NCBI RefSeq assembly: GCF_000406145.1
Contig: NZ_CM001976.1
Span: 357,497-389,496, forward strand
Source: Dickeya dadantii NCPPB 898
GTDB taxonomy: Bacteria; Pseudomonadota; Gammaproteobacteria; Enterobacterales; Enterobacteriaceae
DNA: 32,000 bases
Reading direction: 5' to 3'
The stretch's first letter is position 1. Each line of letters opens with the position of its first letter. Shown here piece by piece: positions 1 to 13,089 of this stretch. The translations under genes were made by a program, and so were the position numbers. The notes under the pieces were generated by a model. That model saw only the letters and a program-made list of their open reading frames with translations, made no database searches and was not told where the DNA came from.

Positions 1-397
1 TCCACTGAAAAAACGCCGACTCGTACAGCGACGTCGGAGTATCGGCGTTGTTTTCCAGCAGCTTAGCCGGATTCTTGCCGTCATAAGCCAAATCCAGCCG
101 TGCATAAAGCGCCGGCTGGCGCGACAGCCACGAACTGCGCACGAAGTCCCAGGTGTGGCGGGGAATGCGGAATTTGGTCAGCAGCGCTTCGCTGTTGACC
201 ACCTTATCGACCACCTGCAGGCACATCTGGTTCAGCTCGGCGGTCGCGTCTTCCAGCTCTTCAATCTGCGCCAGCGTAAACTGATAGTAAGCGTCTTCAC
301 ACCAGTAGGGCTCGCCATACATGGTGTGGAACCGAAAACCATACTCGGCCGCTTTTTCCTGCCAGTTCGGGCGTTCGTTAATCGCAATGCGTTTCAT
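1..397 (-). CDS. ygiC: YgiC-like glutathionylspermidine-synthase-family (ATP-grasp) protein, N-terminal part only; gene continues beyond window start
   Basis: Absent from the ORF track because it runs off the edge. Reverse complement from the ATG at 397-395 reads [49 protein letters not shown]...[19 protein letters not shown], open to position 1. This closely matches E. coli YgiC as I recall it. It starts 11 nt after the ygiB stop, as in the tolC-ygiB-ygiC arrangement. Confidence 0.85.
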   Translation of the reverse strand, partial: MKRIAINERPNWQEKAAEYGFRFHTMYGEPYWCEDAYYQFTLAQIEELEDATAELNQMCLQVVDKVVNSEALLTKFRIPRHTWDFVRSSWLSRQPALYARLDLAYDGKNPAKLLENNADTPTSLYESAFFQW

Positions 398-408
398 GGC
401 GAGTGACC

Positions 409-1170
409 TTACCCCCCGAAAGAGCGGCGAATCGGCGTCGAGCTGCCGGTTTGACGGGTGCTGCTGCCGGTGGCGGATGAGCTACTGCTCGATGTGCCGG
501 TCGCCGCGCGATCCCTATCCTGATTGCCGGTCATGTTGGCCGCCGGCGTACTGTTGAGTTTGTTCACGGAGTCGCCAAAGCCGCCGCGGGTGGTGGTGAT
601 GCTGGATGACCTGACGCTGGAGGTCGGTTTGGGCGTCATTGCGTCTTTGGGGACGGTGATGGTGCGTCCGGTGGCGGAGCCATAATTTTTGCCGCTGGCG
701 TCCACATAGCTGCCGTTGGCGGGATTATTGGGGGTATTCGGGCGGAATACCGGTTGCTGGGCAAAATTGTTGCCGCCCATCAGCTTGCCCATCATGAAAC
801 CGGCCATCAGCGGCATCCAGAAACTGCCGCTCTGTTGAGGCGCGGCGGCGCTGGCCGTGGTGCTGGTTGTCGCGCTTTGCGTACACTGGCTTTCGCCGAA
901 TGCCGCCACGCACTCTTCGCGGGTGGCGTACTTGGGCGCGGTTCTTTCCGCTTCTTTCCGGGCGTTGTTATAGGTGGTGGTGCACTGGTCCTTCATGGCC
1001 GGATTGGCACGAGAACAGTCGTCCGCGTTTTGGTAGAGCGAGACGGTTTCGTCGGTTTTCTCGCAACCGGAGAGAATAAAGACGGCGCCGACAGCCAGCG
1101 CGATCGGCGCGATACGGTAACCACAGCGCTTGCGGAAACGTGCGTGGTTGATGTTTGACGTTCTTTTCAT
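409..1170 (-). CDS. ygiB: DUF1190 lipoprotein-like protein YgiB
   Basis: [14 protein letters not shown]...[20 protein letters not shown]...[13 protein letters not shown]...[20 protein letters not shown] matches E. coli YgiB. The start was chosen at the internal ATG (1170-1168), not the track start at 1227. The C-terminus carries an extra Ser/Thr-rich tail. Confidence 0.85.
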   Translation of the reverse strand: MKRTSNINHARFRKRCGYRIAPIALAVGAVFILSGCEKTDETVSLYQNADDCSRANPAMKDQCTTTYNNARKEAERTAPKYATREECVAAFGESQCTQSATTSTTASAAAPQQSGSFWMPLMAGFMMGKLMGGNNFAQQPVFRPNTPNNPANGSYVDASGKNYGSATGRTITVPKDAMTPKPTSSVRSSSITTTRGGFGDSVNKLNSTPAANMTGNQDRDRAATGTSSSSSSATGSSTRQTGSSTPIRRSFGG

Positions 1171-1320
1171 TGTTGTTGATCCCAGAACAAAGTTGATCCC
1201 AGAGCAAAAGGGCATCGTGCCCATCATTTACAGGTATTAAAACGGGTTTAAGAATAGGAGAAGGGTGAACAGCTTGTAAAGCGCCGGTGTTCAAGGCATA
1301 GCCTGTCTGAATGCGGCGGA

Positions 1321-1356
1321 TGAAAAGAGCAGGGGAGCCAGGACGGGTTCCCCTGC
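1321..1356 (-). terminator. Rho-independent terminator downstream of tolC
   Basis: 8-bp stem GCAGGGGA/TCCCCTGC (1329-1336 / 1349-1356), followed on the minus strand by TCTTTTCA. It sits 7 nt after the tolC stop. Confidence 0.6.
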
Positions 1357-1362
1357 GAAGCA

Positions 1363-2775
1363 TCAGGGCTTAGCCTTGGCGGCGGTTTTTGCTGCCGCTG
1401 GCGTGGTTGCCGGCGCCGGCGCATCGTCGCCGATGGCCGCCGATGTTGACACCGGTTTACCCAACATAGCGTTCAGGGTGCGCAGGTCGTCTTCATTGAG
1501 CGTACCGAGCGCCTGCTTGAGGTTCAGCTGGTTGATCAGGTAGTCATAGCGCGCGCCGGACAACTGCTGCTTGGCGTTGTACAACGTAGTGGTGGCGTCC
1601 AGCACATCAACGATGGTGCGGGTGCCCACCTGATAGCCGGCTTCCATTGCGTCCAACGAGCTTTGCGCCGAGATCACCGCCTGTTTGTAAGCGTTAACGC
1701 TGCTGATGGAGGCCGAGATGTTGTTATGCGCGGAGCGCAGCGTCTGGATTACCGAACGGTGTGCGCTTTCCATGCTTTCGCTGGAGGCCACAAAGCTGTG
1801 CTGCGCCTGTTTCACCCTGGATGAGGTGCCGCCGCCGCTGTAGATCGGCAGGGAGAAGCTCAGACCAACCTGATTCTGGCCCACATAGGTGTTGTTGAAG
1901 TTGTCGCCTACCGCGCGGGAGCCGGAGTAATCGGTATTGGTGACGCCGGTGGAGGCGGTCAGGTTAAGCGTCGGCAGATGGCCGCTTTCCGCGGAACGAA
2001 TCTGCTCGCGCGCCAGATCCTGGCTCAGGCGGGCCGACAGCAGGCTGAGGTTGCGGTTTTCCGCTTCTTTCAGCAGGCCGTTCACCGCGTCGGGTTTCTG
2101 CGGGCTAAAGCGATCGATATTCAGCCCCGCCAGTTGCGGATAGAACTGGCCGGTCACCTGACGCAGGGTTTCCATCGCGTTGTCCAGATTGTTGCGCGCG
2201 GTCACTTCGCTTGCCAGTACGCTGTCATATTGCGCGCGGGCGTTCTGTACGTCGGTGATGGCGACCAGGCCGACGTTGAAACGTTGGGTGGTCTGGTCCA
2301 GTTCGCGGTAAATCGACTGTTTCTGGGCGCTGACGTAAGACAACGAATCAATGGCGCGCAATACGTTGAAATAGGCGGTCGCGGTATTGAGCAGTAGCGT
2401 CTGCTGGGAGGTCTGGTAGCTGACGTCCTGAATGCCGGCCTGTTTTTCCTGCAGCGTTAGTGCGCGCCACAGCGACATGTTGAAGATCGATTGGGTCAAC
2501 TGCAGCGAGGCGCTGGTCGCATTGCTGTTAATGTCTCTGCGGTCGCGGTACCCGCTGGTGTAGGTGTAATCCGCGCCCAAACCCAACTGCGGCAGTAAGG
2601 ACGAGCGGGCTTCGTTAATTTTCTCAAAAGCCGCGTCTCGGTTGGCGGCAGCGCTGCGTAAATCCGGATTGGTCGTTTTAGCCTGCTGGTAAACCTGTAA
2701 CAAGTCTTCGGCCTGGCTTACGGCGCTAAAGCCGCCCAGACCCAGGCTGATGAGAAGTGGGAGCAGTTTCTTCAT
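1363..2775 (-). CDS. tolC: Outer membrane efflux channel TolC
   Basis: MKKLLPLLISLGLGGFSAVSQAEDLLQVYQQAK...RDAAFEKINEARSSLLPQLGLGADYTY... is collinear with E. coli TolC. The start at ATG 2775 has an AAGGA Shine-Dalgarno 6 nt upstream. The track ORF start at 2817 is an upstream extension. Confidence 0.95.
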   Translation of the reverse strand: MKKLLPLLISLGLGGFSAVSQAEDLLQVYQQAKTTNPDLRSAAANRDAAFEKINEARSSLLPQLGLGADYTYTSGYRDRRDINSNATSASLQLTQSIFNMSLWRALTLQEKQAGIQDVSYQTSQQTLLLNTATAYFNVLRAIDSLSYVSAQKQSIYRELDQTTQRFNVGLVAITDVQNARAQYDSVLASEVTARNNLDNAMETLRQVTGQFYPQLAGLNIDRFSPQKPDAVNGLLKEAENRNLSLLSARLSQDLAREQIRSAESGHLPTLNLTASTGVTNTDYSGSRAVGDNFNNTYVGQNQVGLSFSLPIYSGGGTSSRVKQAQHSFVASSESMESAHRSVIQTLRSAHNNISASISSVNAYKQAVISAQSSLDAMEAGYQVGTRTIVDVLDATTTLYNAKQQLSGARYDYLINQLNLKQALGTLNEDDLRTLNAMLGKPVSTSAAIGDDAPAPATTPAAAKTAAKAKP

Positions 2776-3178
2776 TTGCATTCCTTGTTGTGCAGCAAAA
2801 TTTCTTGGTTGCGCCATCTGGAGACGATATACCTGCCGATTCTATCAGAATCGACCAATCGAATTAGGTGGCTGAATGTGCCATCTTTTCCTTGCGGTTA
2901 TCCCAAAAGCCTATTTTACTTAGCGGCTTGTGGCTGGGCACAATGCCCGACAGCATGCCAGAGGCTGCCCCGGCAGGATCGCCGTTTCCGGGTGTTGCAA
3001 AGGCATTGCGTTAATACCGGGAACGCCTCATTCTTGCTGGTAGACTTTCCGCACCTGATTATCCGTATCGGGCTGGCACGATTGCATGATGAATATTGCA
3101 CAAAACGGTGAGCGCCTGTCCACGTTTTCGCCACACAAAAATGGCTTGCCTGCCGTGTTGTCCACAGGAGTTGAGTTT

Positions 3179-3814
3179 ATGGCGTCCTCAGATACGCATC
3201 CCGGTACTTTTACCAAAGATGATGTAGAAATTATTGCACGCGAAACGCTCTACAAGGGGTTTTTTTCGCTGCAGCGTTATCGTTTTCGCCATCGCCTGTT
3301 CAACGGCGGCATGAGCGGCGAAGTCAGCCGGGAGATTCTGGAGCGCGGCCATGCCGTGGTGTTGTTGCCTTATGATCCGGTGCGCGACGAAGTGGTGTTG
3401 ATCGAACAGATTCGCATCGCCGCCTACGACACCAGCACGTCGCCGTGGTTGTTCGAACTGGTGGCCGGTATGATCGAGCCGGGCGAAAGCCTGGAAGAGG
3501 TTGCCCGCCGCGAAGCGCAGGAAGAAGCGGGGCTGGTGGTGCAGCGTTGCCGTCCGGCGCTCAGTTATCTGGCGAGTCCCGGCGGTACCAGCGAACGGCT
3601 GGCTATCTGGGTCGGCGAGGTGGACGCCGGCGCCGCCAGCGGCATTCACGGGCTGGCGGAGGAACATGAGGATATCCGCGTGCATGTGGTCAGTCGCGAA
3701 CAAAGCTACCAGTGGGTAGAACAGGGGATTATTGACAACGCCGCCTCTGTCATTGCCTTGCAATGGTTGGCATTGCACCATGAGACACTAAAAAAAGACT
3801 GGGTGGACGGATAA
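3179..3814 (+). CDS. nudF: ADP-ribose pyrophosphatase (Nudix hydrolase)
   Basis: Nudix box [51 protein letters not shown] matches E. coli NudF. ATG 3179 is preceded by AGGAG 8 nt upstream. The track ORF begins earlier, at 3086. Confidence 0.9.
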   Translation: MASSDTHPGTFTKDDVEIIARETLYKGFFSLQRYRFRHRLFNGGMSGEVSREILERGHAVVLLPYDPVRDEVVLIEQIRIAAYDTSTSPWLFELVAGMIEPGESLEEVARREAQEEAGLVVQRCRPALSYLASPGGTSERLAIWVGEVDAGAASGIHGLAEEHEDIRVHVVSREQSYQWVEQGIIDNAASVIALQWLALHHETLKKDWVDG

Positions 3815-4236
3815 TGAAGCGTTATGTCCCGGATTTCCCGGAAATGATGCGGCTAAGCGAAATCAACTTCGCGCAGTTACGCCGCTTGCTTCCCCGTAAT
3901 GAAGAGGCGGGCGCGGCGGTGGTTTATCAGGTTCATAACGCCAGCTACCGTTTAACGATTCTGGAATCTACGCGGTACACCGCGCTGGTGGAGATTCAGC
4001 AGATTGCGCCGTCGGTCAGCTACTGGGGCCTGCCGACGCTGGTGGTGCGGCTGTATTACGATGCGATGGTTGCGGAAGTGTGTTCCAGTCAGCAGATCTT
4101 CCGCTTTAAGGCACGTTATGATTATCCGAACAAGAAGTTACATCAACGTGACGAAAAGCATCAGATTAATCAATTTCTTGCCGATTGGCTAAGATATTGC
4201 CTGGCGTGTGGTTCAATGTCGGTTCCTGTTTGTTAG
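3814..4236 (+). CDS. yqiB: DUF1249 protein YqiB
   Basis: [27 protein letters not shown]...[35 protein letters not shown] is nearly identical to E. coli YqiB as recalled. Its ATG overlaps the nudF TAA by 1 nt (TAATG). Confidence 0.85.
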   Translation: MKRYVPDFPEMMRLSEINFAQLRRLLPRNEEAGAAVVYQVHNASYRLTILESTRYTALVEIQQIAPSVSYWGLPTLVVRLYYDAMVAEVCSSQQIFRFKARYDYPNKKLHQRDEKHQINQFLADWLRYCLACGSMSVPVC

Positions 4237-4440
4237 ATCTATTTGTCATATTTCAGGTTGCATGAGCGTTGGCCGCGTTACCCGGCTCGTTTCCGGGTCT
4301 CGCCTCGGGGCCGCTGTCAGCAGCGTTTAAATCGGCGACGTTGATTGGTCTTCATCCTGTTTTGTCGCCTTGCTGCAACTCGAATTATTGCGGGTATAGA
4401 TCGATTTGTTAGGCAGATTGCAAAGACCCAAGGACACTAT

Positions 4441-5268
4441 TTGGAAAGCCTGTTGACACTTCCTGTGGCGCGTGGGGCCAGAATCAGGATTTTACAAATA
4501 ACAGATACCCACCTTTTTGCCGGCGAGCGGGGAACGTTGCTCGGCGTTGATACTTACCGCAGCTATCAGGCGGTGCTGGACGCCATCGCCGCCCAGCAAT
4601 GCGATTTCGATCTGATTACCGCCACAGGGGATTTGGCGCAGGACCATACGAAGGAAGCCTACACGCGTTTCGCCGATGGTATCCGTCGTTTTAATGCGCC
4701 TTGCGTCTGGTTACCCGGCAACCACGATTTTCAGCCCGCCATGGTGGATGTGCTGGCCCGCTCGGGGATAGTGCCTTCCAAACACGTGTTGCTGGGCGAA
4801 CACTGGCAGGTGATTCTGCTGGACAGCCAGGTGTTTGGCGTGCCGCACGGCGAGCTGAGCGAGTACCAACTGGAGTGGCTGGAGCGCAGCCTGCAAAGCC
4901 AGCCGGAACGCTATACGCTGCTGATGCTGCACCATCATCCGTTGCCGTCGGGCTGTACCTGGCTGGATCAGCACAGCCTGCGCAATGCCCACAGTCTGGA
5001 CGCGTTACTGGCCCGTTTCCCGCGTGTGCGCACCGTGCTGTGCGGTCATATTCATCAGGAAATGGATCTGGACTGGAACGGCCGCCGCCTGCTGGCGACG
5101 CCATCGACCTGCGTGCAATTCAAGCCGCACTGCACCAGTTTCACCATTGATAATGTCGCGCCCGGCTGGCGCTATCTGGAATTATTGCCGGATGGCGTGG
5201 TTGAAACTCGGGTGTGCCGCCTTGAAGGGAATGAATTTTTGCCAGATATGGATTCGGACGGTTACTGA
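4441..5268 (+). CDS. cpdA: 3',5'-cyclic-AMP phosphodiesterase (metallophosphoesterase)
   Basis: Motifs ITDTH, GDLAQD, GNHD, HHHP and GHIH. (L)[25 protein letters not shown] aligns with the E. coli CpdA N-terminus MESLLTLP. This implies a TTG start at 4441, with AAGGA 6 nt upstream. The track ORF start at 4345 is an extension. Confidence 0.85.
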   Translation: MESLLTLPVARGARIRILQITDTHLFAGERGTLLGVDTYRSYQAVLDAIAAQQCDFDLITATGDLAQDHTKEAYTRFADGIRRFNAPCVWLPGNHDFQPAMVDVLARSGIVPSKHVLLGEHWQVILLDSQVFGVPHGELSEYQLEWLERSLQSQPERYTLLMLHHHPLPSGCTWLDQHSLRNAHSLDALLARFPRVRTVLCGHIHQEMDLDWNGRRLLATPSTCVQFKPHCTSFTIDNVAPGWRYLELLPDGVVETRVCRLEGNEFLPDMDSDGY

Positions 5269-5849
5269 TGCCCACCCTGCTTTATCTTCACGGTTTCAAC
5301 AGCTCGCCCCTGTCGGCGAAAGCCACGGCGTTGCAGCAGTGGCTGGCGCAGCATCATCCCCACATTGATATGCTGGTGCCGCAGTTGCCGCCTTACCCGG
5401 CGGACGCGGCGGAAATGGTGGAGCAACTGGTGATGGAACGCGCCGGGCGGCCGCTCGGTCTGGTCGGGTCGTCGATGGGCGGTTATTACGCCACCTGGCT
5501 GTCGCAGCGTTTTCGCCTGCCGGCGGTGGTGGTCAACCCCGCGGTGCGGCCGTATGAGCTGCTGCTTGATTTCCTGGGGGATCAGCAGAACCCCTACACC
5601 GGCGAGCAATATGTGTTAGAGTCACGGCACATTTACGATCTCAAGGTGATGCAGGTCGACCCGCTGGAATCTCCGGATTTGCTGTGGTGTCTGCTGCAGA
5701 CCGGGGATGAGGTGCTGGACTATCGTCAGGCGGTGGCCTGTTACACCGCTTGCCGTCAGACGGTGGAATCCGGCGGTAATCACGCGTTTGTGGGTTTTGA
5801 ACATTACTTTGCGCCGATTATCGACTTCCTCGGATTGACGGCGGACTGA
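5268..5849 (+). CDS. yqiA: Esterase YqiA (alpha/beta hydrolase)
   Basis: [14 protein letters not shown]...[16 protein letters not shown] (GxSxG)...GGNHAF matches E. coli YqiA. Its ATG overlaps the cpdA TGA by 1 nt (TGATG). Confidence 0.87.
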   Translation: MPTLLYLHGFNSSPLSAKATALQQWLAQHHPHIDMLVPQLPPYPADAAEMVEQLVMERAGRPLGLVGSSMGGYYATWLSQRFRLPAVVVNPAVRPYELLLDFLGDQQNPYTGEQYVLESRHIYDLKVMQVDPLESPDLLWCLLQTGDEVLDYRQAVACYTACRQTVESGGNHAFVGFEHYFAPIIDFLGLTAD

Positions 5850-5873
5850 CTCATCCCGGCGCGGCCGCGGTGA

Positions 5874-7931
<2,058 letters not shown>

Positions 7932-7943
7932 CGCCCGGGCACG

Positions 7944-8840
7944 ATGAAAGTCACGCTGGAAGAGATGCAGGCATTCGTGGTGGTGGTGGACTGCGGGTCC
8001 GTCACCGCCGCGGCTGGACAGCTGGGGCAGACCACGTCCGGGATCAGCCGGGCGCTGGGTCGTCTGGAAAGCAAGCTCGGTATGACGCTGCTGCACCGCA
8101 CCACCCGCCGTCTGGCGTTGTCGGAAGAAGGGCAGATATTCTTGCAACATGCGCGGGATGTGTTGCAGACGGTGGAACTGGCGGAAGAGCAGATTGCGCT
8201 ACGTCGCAGGAAACCCAGCGGGCGGTTGCGCATCAACGCCGCCGCGTCGTTCATGCAGCATGTGATCGTGCCGCTGATCCCGGAGTTTCGCCGCCGTTAT
8301 CCCTGTATTTCGCTGGAGCTGAATACTGACGACGTGATTATCGATTTGCTGGAACAGCATACCGATGTTGCGATTCGTATCGGTGAACTGCGTGATTCCA
8401 GCATCCATGCCCGGCCGCTGGGCGCCACCCGGCTGCGGATTCTGGCCAGCCCGGAATACCTGAGCCGTCACGGTACGCCGCTCGGCGTGGAGGCGCTGGC
8501 CGGTCACACCTTGCTGGGGTTTACCCAGTCCGAGTCGCTTAATCTCTGGCCGCTACGCAGCGCATTTGGTGATTATTACCCGATCGTGCCGACGATTGCG
8601 GCGTCCAACGGTGAAATGTTGCGCCAGCTGGCGCTGCGGGGAGAAGGCATTGTACGGCTGTCGGATTTCATGACCCGCGATGATGTGGCGGCTGGTCGGC
8701 TGGTGCAGATTCTGGCCGACGACACGCTGGAGATGCGCCTGCCGGTCAATGCGGTGTTCTACCGCAACACCGCGCTGGCCAGCCGGATCGTCAGTTTTCT
8801 GGATTTTCTGAGCGAAAAAATGGCGCAGCATCCGCTCTAG
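7944..8840 (+). CDS. LysR-family transcriptional regulator
   Basis: N-terminal winged HTH (FVVVVDCGSVTAAAGQLGQTTSGISRALGRLESKLGMTLLHRTTRRLALSEEG) followed by a LysR substrate-binding-type C-terminal domain. No specific orthologue recognised. Confidence 0.85.
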   Translation: MKVTLEEMQAFVVVVDCGSVTAAAGQLGQTTSGISRALGRLESKLGMTLLHRTTRRLALSEEGQIFLQHARDVLQTVELAEEQIALRRRKPSGRLRINAAASFMQHVIVPLIPEFRRRYPCISLELNTDDVIIDLLEQHTDVAIRIGELRDSSIHARPLGATRLRILASPEYLSRHGTPLGVEALAGHTLLGFTQSESLNLWPLRSAFGDYYPIVPTIAASNGEMLRQLALRGEGIVRLSDFMTRDDVAAGRLVQILADDTLEMRLPVNAVFYRNTALASRIVSFLDFLSEKMAQHPL

Positions 8841-8890
8841 CCGTGAAGCGGAAGCCGCGCCGAGGGTAAATTAAGGCGATATCGCCGGAA

Positions 8891-9472
8891 TCAGGCGAAA
8901 ACCTGATCAAGGTGTGCGCGGTAGCGGGCGATGTCTTGTTCCACGTCCGGCTGCTTGATGACGTCGTTGCAGATAAACGTCGGCAGCGACGACAGGCCGA
9001 TGAACTGGTTGGCTTTGTGGAACGGCAGGTACACGCCATCCACGCCGACGCCGTGGAAGAACTGATCGGGGTCGGTAAAGGCTTCCAGCGGTGCGTTCCA
9101 GGTCAGCGACAGCAGGTAGTGTTTGCCCTGCAACAAGCCGCCGGAGCCGTATTTCTTGCTGGCGTCCGCGCGGGTGCGGCCGTCGCTGGCGTACAGGGAG
9201 CCGTGTCCGGCGGTGAACACATCGTCGATGTATTTTTTTAGGATCCACGGCGCGCCCATCCACCAGCCCGGCATCTGGTAGATGACGGCGTCGGCCCACA
9301 GGAAATTCTGCACTTCCTGTTCGATGTCGTAGCCTTCGTCCACCGTGGTGATGCGGACGTGGCGACCTTTGTCGCGCAGGAAAGACGCGGCGACGTCCGT
9401 CAGGGTACGGTTGAGTTCGCCTTTGGAATGACCAAAAGATTTTCCGGCGTTGATGATGAGTACGTTATGCAT
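8891..9472 (-). CDS. mdaB: NADPH:quinone oxidoreductase MdaB
   Basis: MHNVLIINAGKSFGHSKGELN...FLWADAVIYQMPGWWMGAPWILKKYIDDVFT...GVGVDGVYLPFHKANQF is collinear with E. coli MdaB. Start at the internal ATG 9472, not the track start 9565. Confidence 0.9.
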   Translation of the reverse strand: MHNVLIINAGKSFGHSKGELNRTLTDVAASFLRDKGRHVRITTVDEGYDIEQEVQNFLWADAVIYQMPGWWMGAPWILKKYIDDVFTAGHGSLYASDGRTRADASKKYGSGGLLQGKHYLLSLTWNAPLEAFTDPDQFFHGVGVDGVYLPFHKANQFIGLSSLPTFICNDVIKQPDVEQDIARYRAHLDQVFA

Positions 9473-9749
9473 GGCTGATGACCTCGAATGGCATAAATAA
9501 GCATGTGCTGGAAGCCAGTCTAGCCGCCGGATTAACGAAGAAAAATGTGCCGTGGCGCACAACACTGTTGCCGAATCGTCAATAATCGTCGGTTTTGAAC
9601 CGGGGCAAGGCGTCGCGGCAACGGGATGCAGTGAAGAGAGACACGACTTGCGGTACTATCCGGGCAGCTTTTGCCACCACGTGGCTTATCGCGTAAAAAT
9701 TAAGCGAGTTTTTTGAACATGGCGAAACGCCACGGTTTAAGGATTATCA

Positions 9750-12026
9750 ATGAGTGACATGACTCATGACGGCGCAGAGCGTCTTGCGCTGCACACGTTT
9801 ACCGAGAACGCCTATCTCAACTACTCCATGTACGTCATCATGGACCGGGCGCTCCCCTTTATTGGCGACGGCCTCAAGCCGGTTCAGCGCCGTATCGTGT
9901 ATGCGATGTCTGAACTGGGGCTGAGCGCCAGCGCTAAATTCAAGAAATCCGCCCGTACGGTGGGCGACGTGCTGGGTAAATACCATCCGCACGGCGACAG
10001 CGCCTGTTACGAGGCGATGGTGCTGATGGCGCAACCCTTCTCCTACCGCTACCCGCTGGTGGACGGTCAGGGCAACTGGGGGGCGCCGGACGATCCCAAA
10101 TCGTTCGCCGCCATGCGTTATACCGAATCTCGTTTGTCGAAGTATGCCGAAGTGCTGCTGGGCGAGCTGGGTCAGGGGACGGTGGATTACGTGCCGAACT
10201 TTGACGGCACGATGCAGGAGCCGAAGATGCTGCCTGCCCGTTTGCCCAACATCCTGCTCAACGGCACCACCGGCATCGCGGTCGGCATGGCCACCGATAT
10301 TCCGCCGCACAACGTGCGTGAAGTGGCGGCGGCGGCGGTAGCGCTGATCGATGAGCCGGACACCCAACTGGACGCGCTGCTGCGCTACGTGCAGGGACCG
10401 GATTTCCCCACCGAGGCGGAAATCATCACCCCGCGCGACGAAACCCGCAAAATGTACGAAAGCGGCCGCGGCTCGGTGCGTATGCGGGCGGTATGGAAAA
10501 AAGAAGACGGTAGCGTGGTGATCACCGCGCTGCCGCACCAGGTGTCGGGGGCGCGGGTGCTGGAGCAAATCGCCAGCCAGATGCGCGCCAAGAAGTTGCC
10601 GATGATCGACGATCTGCGCGACGAGTCCGACCATGAGAACCCGACCCGGCTGGTGCTGGTGCCGCGTTCCAACCGTATCGATCTGGATCTGGTGATGAAC
10701 CACCTGTTCGCCACCACCGATCTGGAAAAAAGCTACCGTATCAACATGAATATGATCGGCCTGGATGGCCGCCCCAGTGTGAAAGGGCTGCGGGAAATCC
10801 TGACCGAGTGGCTGGCGTTCCGCCGCGACACCGTGCGCCGCCGTTTGAACTTCCGGCTGGATAAGGTGCTCAAGCGCCTGCATATTCTGGAAGGCTTGCT
10901 GATTGCGTTCCTGAACATTGATGAAGTCATTCATATCATCCGCAACGAAGATGAGCCGAAGCCGGTGCTGATGGCGAAGTTCGGACTGAGCGATACCCAG
11001 GCCGAAGCGATTCTGGAACTGAAATTGCGTCATTTGGCCAAGCTGGAAGAGATGAAGATCCGCGGCGAGCAGGACGATCTGGCTAAAGAACGCGATCAGA
11101 TCCAGGCGCTGTTGGCGTCTGAGCGCAAAATGAACAGCTTGCTGAAGAAAGAGATTCAGGAAGACGCCAAAGCCTACGGCGATGAGCGTCGTTCGCCGTT
11201 GCATGAACGCGGCGAAGCCAAAGCCATGAGCGAACATGACCTGTCTCCTTCCGAACCGGTGACCATCGTGCTGTCGGAAATGGGCTGGGTGCGTAGCGCC
11301 AAGGGGCACGACATCGACCCGTCCGGCCTGAGTTACAAGGCCGGCGACGCCTACCGTGCCGCCGCCCGCGGCAAAAGCAACCAGCCGGTGGTGTTCATGG
11401 ATTCCACCGGGCGCAGCTATGCGCTGGATCCGCTCACGCTGCCGTCGGCGCGTGGTCAGGGCGAGCCGTTGACCGGTAAGCTGACGCTGCCGCCGGGCGC
11501 CACCATCGAGCAGGTGCTGATGGCGGCGGACAACCAGCGGCTACTGCTGGCCTCCGACGCCGGTTACGGCTTTATCTGTACCTTTGCCGATCTGGTGGCC
11601 CGCAACCGGGTGGGTAAAGCGGTGCTGACCCTGCCGGACAATGCGCACGTGCTGCCGCCGCTGGAGCTTCAGCGTGACGATGACTTGTTGCTGACCGTGA
11701 CCGCGGCCGGCCGCATGCTGCTGTTCCCGGTAGCCGACCTGCCGGAGCTGTCCAAAGGCAAGGGCAACAAGATCGTCTCGATCCCGGCGGCGCAGCTGGC
11801 CAGCGGCGACGATCGGATCTTGTGGCTGATGCCGATCGCACCACAATCCACCATCACGCTGCATGCCGGCAAACGCAAGTACTCGTTGCGCCCGGAAGAA
11901 CTGCAGAAATATCAGGCCAGCCGGGGCTGTAAAGGCACGGCGCTGCCGCGCGGTCTGCAACGCGTCGATCGTATCGAGGTTGACGCGCCGGCCGGCATCG
12001 CCAGCGCCGGCAGCAGTGAAGAATAG
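9750..12026 (+). CDS. parC: DNA topoisomerase IV subunit A
   Basis: [12 protein letters not shown]...[47 protein letters not shown]...AAMRYTE (catalytic Tyr). Collinear with E. coli ParC. The QRDR residues are wild-type-like (Ser and Glu in [12 protein letters not shown]). Confidence 0.97.
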   Translation: MSDMTHDGAERLALHTFTENAYLNYSMYVIMDRALPFIGDGLKPVQRRIVYAMSELGLSASAKFKKSARTVGDVLGKYHPHGDSACYEAMVLMAQPFSYRYPLVDGQGNWGAPDDPKSFAAMRYTESRLSKYAEVLLGELGQGTVDYVPNFDGTMQEPKMLPARLPNILLNGTTGIAVGMATDIPPHNVREVAAAAVALIDEPDTQLDALLRYVQGPDFPTEAEIITPRDETRKMYESGRGSVRMRAVWKKEDGSVVITALPHQVSGARVLEQIASQMRAKKLPMIDDLRDESDHENPTRLVLVPRSNRIDLDLVMNHLFATTDLEKSYRINMNMIGLDGRPSVKGLREILTEWLAFRRDTVRRRLNFRLDKVLKRLHILEGLLIAFLNIDEVIHIIRNEDEPKPVLMAKFGLSDTQAEAILELKLRHLAKLEEMKIRGEQDDLAKERDQIQALLASERKMNSLLKKEIQEDAKAYGDERRSPLHERGEAKAMSEHDLSPSEPVTIVLSEMGWVRSAKGHDIDPSGLSYKAGDAYRAAARGKSNQPVVFMDSTGRSYALDPLTLPSARGQGEPLTGKLTLPPGATIEQVLMAADNQRLLLASDAGYGFICTFADLVARNRVGKAVLTLPDNAHVLPPLELQRDDDLLLTVTAAGRMLLFPVADLPELSKGKGNKIVSIPAAQLASGDDRILWLMPIAPQSTITLHAGKRKYSLRPEELQKYQASRGCKGTALPRGLQRVDRIEVDAPAGIASAGSSEE

Positions 12027-12264
12027 TTCTTCCTGTAGGCTGGCGGCCCGTCGTTGCGAGCGGCGGGCCGTAAACGGGGCGCCCTGTTTTTTGATGGGCG
12101 CCGATGCCGGGGCGGCATTTCCCGTCGTGATTTCCTTTTCGTCTTTCCCTGTACGTCCAATAGCCGCTTTTGGGTGGACAACGCGATCTGCCGCGGCAAG
12201 GTTCGCCGTGTGTTTTATCGCGAAGCCGCTATACTAGCGGCGGCTGTTGGCTAATGAGGTTGCT

Positions 12265-13002
12265 ATGTTATTCATTCTCCGGTTTTTGGTGGTGATCGTT
12301 TATTCCGTAGTGCTCTGTCTGGCAGGGTTGGTTTACTGCCTGTTTACCCCGAAAGATCCCCGTCATGTTTCCCGGTTTGGCCGCCTGTTCGGGCGTTTGT
12401 CGGTGGTGTTTGGTCTGAAGGTGGAAGTCCGCTATCCGCAGCCGTCTCACTTTGACGGCAACTGTATTTATATCGCCAACCATCAGAACAACTATGACAT
12501 GGTGACGGCGTCGAATGCGGCGATTCCGGGCACCGTGACCGTGGGCAAGAAGAGCCTGGTGTGGATCCCGTTTTTCGGCCCGTTGTACTGGCTTTCCGGC
12601 AATCTGCTGATTGACCGGGATAACCGCGCCAAAGCGCATGGCACCATCTCGCAGGTGGTGAAGCATATTCAAGAGCGCAACATTTCGGTGTGGATGTTTC
12701 CGGAAGGCACTCGCAGCCGCGGGCGCGGCCTGCTGCCGTTCAAAACCGGCGCGTTCCATGCCGCGATTGCCGCCGGCGTGCCGGTGGTGCCGATCTGCGT
12801 GTCCAGCACCCATAAAAAAGTGAAGCTGAACCGCTGGAATAACGGGCATGTGATTGTCGAGATACTGCCGCCGATTGACTGTAGCGCTTACGGTAAAGAA
12901 CAGGTCCGCGAACTGGCCGCTTATTGCCATGACCTGATGGCGGCGAAAATCGCACAGCTGGACGCGGAAGTCGCACAGCGCGAAGCGGCGGAAAAACGCT
13001 AA
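12265..13002 (+). CDS. plsC: 1-acyl-sn-glycerol-3-phosphate acyltransferase
   Basis: HX4D motif (NHQNNYD) and FPEGTRSRGRGLLPFKTGAFHAA. MLFILRFLVVIVYS aligns with the E. coli PlsC N-terminus. ATG at 12265; the track start 12247 is an upstream TTG. Confidence 0.93.
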   Translation: MLFILRFLVVIVYSVVLCLAGLVYCLFTPKDPRHVSRFGRLFGRLSVVFGLKVEVRYPQPSHFDGNCIYIANHQNNYDMVTASNAAIPGTVTVGKKSLVWIPFFGPLYWLSGNLLIDRDNRAKAHGTISQVVKHIQERNISVWMFPEGTRSRGRGLLPFKTGAFHAAIAAGVPVVPICVSSTHKKVKLNRWNNGHVIVEILPPIDCSAYGKEQVRELAAYCHDLMAAKIAQLDAEVAQREAAEKR

Positions 13003-13089
13003 GTCAGCGCGAGGATGCGCGGCGTGACCCTGCGGGCGGTGTTACGGCCCGGAATGGAGTAAAGGATTGAACAGGTTTTCGGAGTCATT

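Noticed and set aside
2818-3178. MarA/SoxS/Rob box candidates in the tolC-nudF divergent region, for example ATTGCACAAAACGGTGAGCG around 3093-3112.
   Set aside because: Only the GCAC core matches. The downstream RYYAAA element is poor, so this is not distinguishable from chance.
4262-4330. 22-codon ORF (MSVGRVTRLVSGSRLGAAVSSV) in the yqiB-cpdA spacer.
   Set aside because: No Shine-Dalgarno and no recognisable motif. Its composition is typical of random GC-rich sequence.
9960-10010. Possible quinolone-resistance substitutions in the ParC QRDR, considered because of the nearby qnr.
   Set aside because: The sequence reads [12 protein letters not shown], with the wild-type Ser and Glu at the positions equivalent to E. 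coli S80 and E84.
12027-12264. GC-rich palindromes after parC: CGGCCCG...CGGGCCG, GGCGCCC-N11-GGGCGCC and GCCGCTA-TAC-TAGCGGC. These were considered as terminators or REP-like elements.
   Set aside because: The hairpins are short and lack convincing U-tracts. No second copy was seen in the window to support a dispersed repeat family.
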